A stretch of 16,985 bases of DNA from Elusimicrobiota bacterium. GTDB taxonomy: Bacteria > Elusimicrobiota > UBA8919. The stretch covers positions 1-16,985 of the forward strand of contig JBDRIG010000024.1 in assembly GCA_043816185.1 (NCBI GenBank). The letters are read 5' to 3'. Positions within the stretch are counted from its first letter, which is position 1. Each line of letters begins with the position of its first letter. Under the pieces are notes generated by a model. It saw only the letters and a program-made list of their open reading frames with translations. It was not told the DNA's origin and searched no databases. The translations under genes were made by a program, and so were the position numbers. This document shows, piece after piece, positions 7,636-14,200 of this stretch.

Positions 7636-10228
7636 TATCTAAAGTTATGGTGTCGGAGTATGTTTTGGAATTGCCAGCGTTGTCTTTAATTTCATATTCA
7701 ACGGTTTTTGTTCCTTCACCTTCTGTTAAAATCCAAGATTTTGTGATTAGAGGTGCTTCCCACGATACCCAGCCTTCTCCAGTATTCTTATATCTCACTT
7801 CTTTTACTTCGGAGAAACCGTCGCTATATGTCAGATTAAGCACGACATTTGTTGTTGGTGTATAAAGTGTACCACTGTTGATAGCAATGCTTCCAGTAGG
7901 CGATGTAACATCTATTCTGTAAGGACCACTGTATATATAATTACTGTTCGCAGCAACATCTTCAACTTCTGTATGCAAATACCAAATTCCTTCAAGGAAT
8001 ATACTTCTATAAATTGAATATTCATCTACTGTTGGAATAGTTTCATAGTTAGACCACCCAGTTGAAGGTTTTTCGGTTGAATTTGTCCACTTATGTCTGG
8101 CTTGTTTTAGTTGTGAATCACCTATATCTCTAAATGTTACTGCTACCAGAACTTCACTATTTCTCCAAGTAACTTCTGGAGGGCTAAATCCTACTATGAC
8201 TGGCAAGGTATGATCGTATTTGAATGGTCCATAAGTTTTTGATTGGTTGGCAACATTATCACAATTGAACGATTTAAGATGTAAATAATACTGCTGTGAA
8301 ACCGTGGGTGAAAATGACAAGTTCCCAGAGTTCCATTGTGATTCTGTTTCGCCAAATGAATGTGTAGGCGAAGTTGTCCATCCATATTTGTAATATGCTA
8401 CGCCTCCTGAACCAAATCCCGCTGTATTAGTAAATATAAAACTACTTCCAGATGGATACCATACATTCGTCGATTTATCACAAGAAACATTTGGCGGAAC
8501 AGAAAGTGTATGCATGGAAACCTGCTCAGAATTACTACTTCCAGCGATATTGTATGCTTGAGCATATCTTGAATATTGCGTATTGGCAATCAATCCTGTT
8601 TCCAGCCAATAAGTGGTATCAGAAACAAGCGATGCTTTTTCTACATTATTCTGAGTATAAACACGGAAACCATCGTCTTGATATTGTCCCGCAGAATTAT
8701 CAAACCATGACCAGTTTAACGCTGAAGTTGACAACACGGTTCCAATAATACCTGTTGGTGCTGGTGACGGTGAAGTGTATATTACTGTTATACTACTTAA
8801 AAATGATGTATATCTAACATCTGTATTGGAAAGATTTAGTCGGTATTGGATAAATTTACCTACTTTATTAGGGTTAGTATTTTTTGTAACTGATGTCCAT
8901 GAAGCGTTGTTTATGTTAGAATTATCGGCTCTAACTTCTGCTGATAAAGAAGTGTACGCGGGGGCAGTACTTTCCCAATTAATAAAATGCATTTTTGTAT
9001 TTAATGCTTGCGTGTCTTTAGCTTGTGATACAAAATTTCCAGAACTATAATATCTACCTTGCTGTGAATTTATTGCTTGGATTGTTGGTTCTGGTAAGGT
9101 TAGCGGTGAAACAAATACGTTGTCGACGATATACTCTCCCAATACATCTGTGCTACTTTCTGCCTCTATGTAAATATATGGATTGCTAAAATTTAATCCA
9201 TGCACACCGTCGTATATTGTTACCCCATCAAAAAAAACTTTAAGATTTGTTAAAGAGAGTAAAAATTCAACATTATGTAGTCCTGATGTAGTTGCAGACA
9301 GTTCCGATAATGTAGTAAGCATGTAAGAATTTTTTTTCTGTAATTTATACTGTGGTGTAGCGGTATGACAAATACTAAGCTTTAACCAATCAGATTCGAC
9401 ATCAGAATAAGACGCTATCGCGGGACAAAGGGTTATATGTGTATTAGCACCATCACACAAAGATTGTGCTTGAATAGTAAAGTAATACCGTCTTGTTGAA
9501 GAAAACGAACAGGGATTGATGCTACGCAATCCGAGAAATTTTTTCCTTGAATTAGTTCCCAAAACCATTCTCAATTGATTGCTTTTTATTTCTGTAGTTG
9601 AACCTGTAAGAAGTTCACCTGACTTAATATTATACCATTTCGCAGAATTAGTCGGTGAACCATTCGCACCAGTAAAATCATCACCAAAAATAAAAATGTT
9701 ATTATTGCTTATAACGGAGGCATTTTGGTTACCATAATAGAGATATATCGCAGTATTACTATTTGCAGTAATTGCTGGAACTTTCACCCAAATTCGCGTA
9801 GAACTTGTGTTTATTCCGGATTCTATCCAATAATTAAGCAGAGTTAAACCATCTGAAGACGTAAATCTTACATCGCTACAATCGGATTTCATTTTACTGG
9901 CTGAAATAAGACCTACTGTATTTATGGTTAGCAGCATTGAATAATTGTACGTTGTGGAGGGATTAGTTGAGTTTATGGTGACGGAACTTCTATATACCCA
10001 TAAAGCATCAAACCAAGTTGGTGCGTCGGGTGGATTTGAGCCATTTATTCTGTCATAAAAATCAAGTCGAATATTTTCTTCTTCTGCAAAATCATAGGTA
10101 TATGTTTGGCTATGCGTTCCATTATTAAAACTCTCGGAACTACTCTCGACCCATAGTGAAGATGCAAAAGTATGACTATAATGAATAAGAATAAATAATA
10201 TGCTGCATATTGTAAGTTTATGTTTCAT
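1..10228 (-). CDS. Giant secreted adhesin-like surface protein (>=3409 aa, 3' end outside window): signal peptide, 2x DUF2341+lectin-like module, Fn3, Ig-like domains, >=23 tandem Ig-like repeats
   Basis: ATG at 10226-10228 (MKHKLTICSILFILIHYSHTFA...). Manual translation of 10228-7320, 3540-2220 and the left end gave one frame with no stop, still open at position 2 (...EEATTNSIGVAIATFTA). The ORF track reports nothing in this frame, as expected for an ORF with no stop inside the window. SD-like AGAGGTG upstream. Confidence 0.93.
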   Translation of the reverse strand, partial: MKHKLTICSILFILIHYSHTFASSLWVESSSESFNNGTHSQTYTYDFAEEENIRLDFYDRINGSNPPDAPTWFDALWVYRSSVTINSTNPSTTYNYSMLLTINTVGLISASKMKSDCSDVRFTSSDGLTLLNYWIESGINTSSTRIWVKVPAITANSNTAIYLYYGNQNASVISNNNIFIFGDDFTGANGSPTNSAKWYNIKSGELLTGSTTEIKSNQLRMVLGTNSRKKFLGLRSINPCSFSSTRRYYFTIQAQSLCDGANTHITLCPAIASYSDVESDWLKLSICHTATPQYKLQKKNSYMLTTLSELSATTSGLHNVEFLLSLTNLKVFFDGVTIYDGVHGLNFSNPYIYIEAESSTDVLGEYIVDNVFVSPLTLPEPTIQAINSQQGRYYSSGNFVSQAKDTQALNTKMHFINWESTAPAYTSLSAEVRADNSNINNASWTSVTKNTNPNKVGKFIQYRLNLSNTDVRYTSFLSSITVIYTSPSPAPTGIIGTVLSTSALNWSWFDNSAGQYQDDGFRVYTQNNVEKASLVSDTTYWLETGLIANTQYSRYAQAYNIAGSSNSEQVSMHTLSVPPNVSCDKSTNVWYPSGSSFIFTNTAGFGSGGVAYYKYGWTTSPTHSFGETESQWNSGNLSFSPTVSQQYYLHLKSFNCDNVANQSKTYGPFKYDHTLPVIVGFSPPEVTWRNSEVLVAVTFRDIGDSQLKQARHKWTNSTEKPSTGWSNYETIPTVDEYSIYRSIFLEGIWYLHTEVEDVAANSNYIYSGPYRIDVTSPTGSIAINSGTLYTPTTNVVLNLTYSDGFSEVKEVRYKNTGEGWVSWEAPLITKSWILTEGEGTKTVEYEIKDNAGNSKTYSDTITLDKKTAITACGIITQTSGDTEIEKEKSTASATLKYMQTDGVLPGKTIKFVFEGVSPCCATTNEFGVATATYNVAITSDTHAYSVEFLGDEIHSSTSTTGTIILNPRPTVINTKNITTSINSDFIAEVTLKDYSKLANIVGRTITFNYLQSIKTSVTNDVGIATVTYTTGDYVGVSTYTATFDGDQTYAHNINIPAIGSVGAGMRFASITGFNTTAIAKSTFYVEAKLSDTLYNPPTLLVGCTVTFTFQGSTKTAVTDSSGIAKSTFTAPISSGIYPFQASFAGNSVYFANAETAEVDVYVRPVNLISANDETPTLSTFTATATLIDGSLSTGIQDKTISFTFENKIISATTGLGGIATADFYVGNIARNSTYYYSFTGDKTYSASSGSSTINIIRRETNISPQNVTTITRTTFTATIELKDITHTSTSIKNQSVTFNFLGISSTTLTNQSGVATAEFESPVSSGTHIFTAVFNQSNTYKSSSSTGTVTVNPRIVNLSVFPRYAYTLDDWTLVAELKDSNTTQSIKDKSITFNSNEIIKSTTTENDGKAYKVYLGTHVAGTYSYSATFLGDATYSAATGNSTIFVSCRPTTISGFSNDVPAKSTFTVVSQLFDGNTGTGIKGKNLIFTFNGKAATYVTDESGIAISTFVAPNSPETCFYKTDFSGDDTYESATAQTQIQVICRDVILTAEPKIVPALESVFLKAKLKDADTNELIKNTAIKFTFRNVVKTASTNSSGEATGGPFDVVDSSGIYSWTATFDGSPLYNPNSNDSTVVVEQRLTNIAKYDMEVIANSSFTVRADLADSIGGIKNKTISFAFLGLQKTNKTYNFGISTATYFSYSGIGVHDYTATFEGDKVYARSTSTGNITVISRPVILQVSDIPTTANSTFTVTAILIDHNTTPGVSLSNKLVTFNFLNSPKTVLTNSLGTATTTYFIAADTEAGAYSAKFSGDDLYGSVESSADVIVGKRASLLVSYDVNTVANDNTIVTIDTFTVTAWLRDDVLPRENLVGSNVIFTFQENSEIAHTNSVGIATATFLAPSTTGQYTFTSVFTGGALYTGSESTSLITVNRRESLLDASEVSSVVANSTFTATAVVKDYDTRKLLSNKRVEFIFDNIHKIVYTNDLGQAITTYIAPSLTGVKIYQAKFSGDTHYNSNEDNANVVVVVRPTTVQPIPTETVVGNTFTVEAYLKDPGDNNVPIPFKNLSFTFNNTPDIIKTKTATTNEVGLASTTFTAPFNTGTSIFSVSFFGDTGDDKLYGASVGNADIVVKRRPTIFSLTASDVFVKNPIFTDDTYSIFQAKAKLVDGNTGDVISNAAIRFEFNDGFNNIKQSTTTNNEGIAISTFTAPVSSGTYKYYGYFDGDGTYEPNTGNADITVKQRPLVIVPGVGSYFGWHWTLQNPTPWLQLKDGLLDRPVGSGRIMNFEFPKPVWSSDKWSDETWTWVNWQKENVNVYYDWIFVRKYNNPEPKIVIGSEEGTYRRPITISNTSSSELHDYQILVKLNTKELCDAGKMRADCGDIRFRDSNDSMELNYWIEPEAINTTSTIIWVKVPTVPVGDKTIYIHYGDSSLSESNGGNTFTFFDDFNTADTSKFTYGGPYGGYPAMTYEVSNGVLREYSDNSNWKILRMKRDFSPSDTVAIKTRFKTSDVSSWHHNFFVQSSNVNRNRFGLLDDTNPWRFDSSRILQVQYECDDSYQYSAPIVSFSTNTWLKSEIIKMSSTEFGAFVYNDLGEEILPAQQEQCQRTTDFGGWASASFSLRKYDGWYPCKATFNGDAMYTKQELALNNGVYVTARLTTTITYPTPATVLSDFLAEAKIVDAVGGNVAIANQKVVFTFDGEVKIAITDSGGIATTSFVSGSVVGTKWFRADLNYNRTYSASFSSAAVTIGKKGTVVIPYSVTVGAGKDFVLKAKLVNTSGTGISGKKLKFVFQNEEKESTETDGAGEASVFLTAPTDIGVYSSTISFSGDSQYLPSTSSSDDAVTVEKNVTTLSAEGVTVRADDDFTAKATLKYSDGVFIVGKKVRFVSENTTVETIIEDTTDGHGVAEVVFHALWSTGTYNYQAFFDGDLLNSISSDTVNAVSVLPREVKLVTNNVNVYIKDEFDAVGILTDKTRLNGIENKPVTFLLKTIPQISSTTMTEETGYSTSTFLSPSTSGYYSIVAISTGDAFYEASSDTKTITVSRRLTSLNADGVPAAAVFSTFTVKAILEDITPTLEISTPVAGKMIKFIFDGKEKFAVTNSLGIAISSFTASGIAGDYNYEAWFIGDSTYTPKSDTNNVVTVTKCSTVISGEENTEVPVGMDFTAKATLIDSGGSKIVGRTIRFTFEATPSSLYSGVTDDSGVATVILTAPLTVGVTNYIAIFDGDDTYMGSSDVSNPINVISGDTAIKVNPVSTYIGVVFIATATLTTKPTGTPIACKEISFALKDGESKTATTNSIGIATVTFTAPSSKGDYKLDASFASDDSYNLSTSSETVSILLRPTTIQADSVTTYASESEVFATVFTATATLTNKLDNTAISNKTVNFSFGAESEEATTNSIGVAIATFTA
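2430..3360 (-). other. DUF2341 plus lectin-like module, copy 2, inserted in Ig repeat 15 and apparently circularly permuted
   Basis: YRRPITISN...DYQILVKLNT...GKMRADCGDIRFRDS...LNYWIE...IWVKVP...IYIHYGD...TFTFFDDF, preceded by YYDWIFVRKYNNPEPKIVIGSEE. Confidence 0.8.
7635..8770 (-). other. Fibronectin type III domain followed by about three Ig-like domains
   Basis: PAPTGIIGTVLSTSALNWSWFDNS...DGFRVY...ETGLIANTQYSRYAQAYNIAGSS (Fn3 pattern). It is followed by YYLHLKSFN, GIWYLHTEVEDVAAN and DVTSPTGSIAINSG...WILTEGEGTKTVEYEIKDNAGNS...DTITLD units. Confidence 0.7.
9085..10015 (-). other. DUF2341 domain plus lectin/concanavalin-like sandwich, copy 1 (canonical order)
   Basis: WFDALWVYRSSVTIN...KMKSDCSDVRFTSSDGLTLLNYWIE...RIWVKVP...IYLYYGN...FIFGDDF...YIVDNVFVSPLTLPEPT matches the DxRF/YWIE/WVKVP/YYGN DUF2341 signature. 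The lectin assignment is inferred. Confidence 0.8.
10163..10228 (-). other. Sec signal peptide of the giant protein
   Basis: MKHK (basic) - LTICSILFILI (hydrophobic) - HYSHTFA (probable cleavage after TFA). Confidence 0.75.
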
Positions 10229-10240
10229 TGTATTTGAACT

Positions 10241-10248
10241 ACACCTCT
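10241..10248 (-). promoter_or_regulatory. Shine-Dalgarno site of the giant gene
   Basis: AGAGGTGT on the minus strand, 12 nt before the ATG (spacing somewhat long). Confidence 0.55.
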
Positions 10249-10256
10249 TAAAATTT

Positions 10257-10306
10257 GACTATTTTATTCAACTGGACTATTTTATTCAACTGAACTATTT
10301 TATTCA
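10257..10306. repeat. 18-bp tandem repeat, ~2.8 copies (RACTATTTTATTCAACTG), overlapping the motA stop codon
   Basis: GACTATTTTATTCAACTG at 10257-10274 and 10275-10292; AACTATTTTATTCA at 10293-10306. Confidence 0.9.
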
Positions 10307-11068
10307 GTGCGAAATTTTTAAGGCAGAATGAGCTAAAAATCTCTCTAATTTTTCCTTTACAACAAACACTGGATTTCCTTTCTTTATTGAAATTACACCA
10401 ATCATTAATATTCTTTTTACTACTATCTCTTCCTCGCTATAGGTTTCAATCTTTCCTGCTAAAGGTGAAAAAATAAAGTTTGCACCAAAAATACCATAAA
10501 AAGTTGTAACAATGGCTACCGCCATAGATTTACCCATAGCAACTGGATCACCAAACTGTTGTAAAACACCTAACACTCCAACCAAAGTCCCTAATAAACC
10601 ATATATAGGAGCGTAATTGCTCATACTTATAAACAACCTTTGAATTTGTTGATGTCTTTCGATAATAAAATTTATTTCTCTTTCTAAGTTTTCCTCTATG
10701 TCCTTTTCACTCCAATCTTCTATTAGCATTTGTACACCAGTTTTTAAGAAATTATCATCTTCATCGTTCAATTGTTCAGGTAATACGTCAATACCACGTG
10801 CATAAGCAATTTCAGCGAGATGGAAAATTCTGTCAATAAATTGTTGTAAAGAATTTTTCTTCACATGAATTAAAGTTGTTAAAATTACCTTAGGCGTTCT
10901 CCTTATGACACTGAATGGATAGGTTATCATTGTAGAGCCTATTGTGCCACCTAACACAAGTACTAATGAAGGAAGATTAAAAAGTAAATTTGTTATATTG
11001 CCTACGACCGATACATAATATACTGATGCACACCCCAATAATAAACCAAAAACTGCCATCAAATCCAT
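10304..11068 (-). CDS. motA: MotA/PomA/MotP-family stator A subunit (ion-channel motor protein)
   Basis: 254 aa with four TM segments and the motifs PSLVLVLGGTIG, DDNFLKTGVQM, YAPIYGLLGTLVG, GDPVAMGKSMAVAIVTTFYG, FSPLAGKI and GNP. These fit the flagellar-type MotA/PomA family better than ExbB/TolQ. Strong SD. Confidence 0.92.
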   Translation of the reverse strand: MDLMAVFGLLLGCASVYYVSVVGNITNLLFNLPSLVLVLGGTIGSTMITYPFSVIRRTPKVILTTLIHVKKNSLQQFIDRIFHLAEIAYARGIDVLPEQLNDEDDNFLKTGVQMLIEDWSEKDIEENLEREINFIIERHQQIQRLFISMSNYAPIYGLLGTLVGVLGVLQQFGDPVAMGKSMAVAIVTTFYGIFGANFIFSPLAGKIETYSEEEIVVKRILMIGVISIKKGNPVFVVKEKLERFLAHSALKISH

Positions 11069-11070
11069 TT

Positions 11071-11140
11071 TACACCTCCAACAAAAAAGCGAGAACGATA
11101 CACCTACGTATTATGCCCGTACACCTTACCCTATACACCT
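11071..11140. repeat. Four dispersed copies of heptamer TACACCT (AGGTGTA on the coding strand)
   Basis: Copies at 11071-11077, 11099-11105, 11120-11126 and 11134-11140. Confidence 0.8.
11072..11079 (-). promoter_or_regulatory. Shine-Dalgarno site of motA
   Basis: GGAGGTGTAAAATG on the minus strand. Confidence 0.85.
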
Positions 11141-11148
11141 AAATTGTT

Positions 11149-11185
11149 AAAAATTTGTGAAAAATTTGTGAAAAATTTGTGAAAA
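11149..11185. repeat. 11-bp tandem repeat AAAAATTTGTG x3 plus partial copy
   Basis: Exact copies at 11149-11159, 11160-11170 and 11171-11181, with a degenerate copy just upstream (AAATTGTT). Confidence 0.9.
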
Positions 11186-11202
11186 GCTGTCACACTAATT
11201 TC

Positions 11203-14200
11203 TTAATTCTGTTTTTTTTCGTTCCCTGTTCCAAATCGCCAGTACTTTTCAAGAAAAAATTTGTTGGCTCTTTCGCCGAATTCGTCTTTTCCGAGTTCTT
11301 GTGTGGTTCTTAATATTATTCCATTTTTCATTCTATAAGATAATTCTAATTCATGTTTTAACGAAAGTTTATTTTCAAATTCATCAAACTTTATTCCATA
11401 ACCAGCAGAAAATCCTTGAGTAAAAGATTTGCCAAATTGAAGTTTTGTACCTTTATATAAGTCAACAACAGACTGCTTGACTTGTGAAGGCAACGATGTT
11501 GAGGATGCCCACCGTTTTATCACAAATTTATCAATAAATCCAGTTCTTTTAAGAAGCGATTTTACGAAAGGGGTTGTCAATAACGTATCAACTGCCTTCG
11601 ATATTTCTTGTGCAGAAAACAGTTGTTTCTGTTTTGTGTCGGCAAGACCCATTGCTGCTTGTATTAAAAGCTGTTCTTCTGTCTGTGGAGTTGTTTTTGA
11701 TAAGAATCTCGGTTTTACATTATCGAGAGGCCCTCTATCAATCATTAAAATTATTGTTTCAGGGATATATTCTGTTATCATTTGCCGTGTCGCCAAATCC
11801 TCCCTTCTTCTTTCAATTTCTGTCTCACATTCTGCCATACCGGACAAATAAAGATCACTTTTATCTGCATCAAAAATGGCTTCTTTAACTGTAAAGTTTC
11901 GTCCGAGATAATCTAATTCTCCACGAAGTGCTTCAACCTTACCCGTAACAAGAGGCGATGAGCCTTTGCCGTGAAGTAGAATCTCGCCTTTTGCCTCAAC
12001 CGATGCAAAATCTTTTTCGTACCAACAGTTTTCCCCTCCAATAATTCTCAGATTCCAAGTTGCATTTTTAAGTATTCCGTAATCGACATCTCCATCCCCA
12101 TCTTCTTCGCCAGGATATGTAAATCTAGCGTCTGAAAGTTTCATATATCCATCTATGCTCCAACTGTCCTGCGTCCCAAAAAATTTTATATCCACAGCAA
12201 CTTTTGCCTTTGACGGATTTGGTAAAACTGTTATATCTGACACGATAGGTATTATTTTTCCCACGCCAGATGATTTTATTTGTAGTTCATTTATTGTAAT
12301 TGGGATAGATTTCCCTAAAGTTAAAAGATGAAAATTAAAGTTAGTAAGATTGAAGTCGTCGGCAAACATCGCCTCGCCAGTTAATGTTAGTGGCTCTTTG
12401 CCAACAAGTGCACATAAATTTTTTATCAATATTTTTTCACCTAAAAAGTCTACTTCACATTTTACATCTGTTAATTTTTTAAATATACTACAAAGTTGAA
12501 TTTCACTCGCTTTTACTACGAGAGTGCCTTTTACATCTGGCTTATTGATGGTTCCTTTTACGTTGATATTTGTTGAAAAATTTCCTTTTGCTTTTTTTAT
12601 CGATTTTGTTAAGGATGGAAGTATTGCTAAATCACCGTTGATGACTTTTAATGAAATATTGATCGGGTAGTTTAAAAGTTTTTTTCGCGAATCGGGATTT
12701 AAAGGGAGTGGCGTGATTCCCTCTCCTTCAAGCAAATAAAGTTTTTCTTTTGAAATTTTTATACCTTTTAGTTCTAAAATATTTTCTTTTAAGTGAAAAA
12801 AAACCGATGCGAGATCAAAATCAAGATTTTCTATTTTACCATTATTGGAATTTAATGTGCAGGTAATAACTGGTTCTTTTAAGTTACCTGTTGCTTTTAA
12901 GCTAAAATTGGTATTTCCTTGTGCCGTAATTTTTACACCAAGCAAGTTTAATAGATCACCTAATATAATATTTTCGCCTTCGCTAACTATATCTAAATTA
13001 TCGTTCTTCAGCATTCCATTTAGATAAAATAATCTTTTACTTTTTTCAGTTATTGAAAAATTTGATATGAAAAAATCCGGTAGTTTTGAAAAATCTACCG
13101 TTCCAGTTATTTGTGTCGTCTTATTCGTTTCAGGAATAAATTGTATAATACCATTTTTATATTCGATATGATATTTCAAATCTCTTAGTTGTTTTTGGTT
13201 TACCCATAATCCAGTGGTTGAAATATCGGCTTTAACAAGACATTCATCTACCATTCCATCGGCTGTGATATTTCCAAAAAGCGTAATCTGTGGAAATTTA
13301 AGATTCCGTATTTCCGATATTATTTTAAAAACAATTTTTTTCTTAAAATCAATATACGTATCCTGAAGAATTCTTATATTTGTACTCGACCATTTTATAT
13401 CTCCTTTTGAAAAAATTATTTTTTTATCTTTAATGAAGCATTTACCTTCAATAGAATCAACAATTTTGTTTTCAAGTGCTATTTTTTCACCAGAAAATTC
13501 AACCATAATCTGTGGATTTTTTATCTCACCAAATATATTCAATTCAACTTTTTGAAAAATTCCTGGTACTGCGTGTGATACCGTGTGCGTGATTGAACTA
13601 CCTTGTATCGAGATGCGAGGTATCAAGGCACCTACTTGTTCGGTAATTAGAGAATATTCTGAGGTGCTTTTAGTTTTATTTATCTGAGTAGATTCGTCCT
13701 CAGCGGAGACAAAACTGACAGGAGGACACTCTTTTTCTTTATCATCCCCCCCGCAATTCTGATATATCGGAATTGTAGTAAGATGTTTAGTTTTTGCGAA
13801 ACAGCGAGAGAATAAATCATAAATGGTTTGGGTTTTTAAATTACATAGTAAAACGTTTAATCCAGAAAATTCCTTCTTACGCAAATCAACAACTCCAGAA
13901 ATTTCGACTTCTGCTCCATCAACGGTTAATTTAGTTTTTTCAACTTTTAATAAACTATTGTTTATCAAAATTTTCCCATATCCATTCGCCATTTTTTCAT
14001 AGATTTCTCCATCAAAACGATATGTAACAAAAACCTGTGGATTATTTATATCACCTAGAATAATAATTTTTCCAACAAAAGGACCTCGCAAATTTTCATT
14101 AAAATTTCGAGATTCAATTTTAAAATCTATATCGGATGACAAATATTTTGATGAAATAAGATAGGAAGCAGTACCTGAAACCATATCGCCCCATAGAATT

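Noticed and set aside
573..9050. Numerous short plus-strand ORFs and four short alternate-frame minus-strand ORFs
   Set aside because: All overlap the giant minus-strand gene and are shadow ORFs with no recognisable motifs.
1..10228. Stop-codon recoding or pseudogene as the reason no long ORF was called
   Set aside because: No in-frame stop was found in the translated stretches and the frame is the same at both ends. The ORF simply lacks a stop inside the window. motA ends in TGA and tamB in TAA.
10304..11068. Zorya ZorA anti-phage motor
   Set aside because: There is no long C-terminal cytoplasmic tail and no zorB/C/D/E neighbours; length and motifs match MotA/PomA.
10257..11185. CRISPR array interpretation of the intergenic repeats
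   Set aside because: The units are 7-18 bp, the 11- and 18-bp units are directly tandem with no unique spacers, and no cas genes are present.
11178..11194. Canonical CRP or Rex operator
   Set aside because: The spacer is 7 nt (CRP needs TGTGA-N6-TCACA) and the site is one base out of register for Rex. Kept only as an unassigned dyad.
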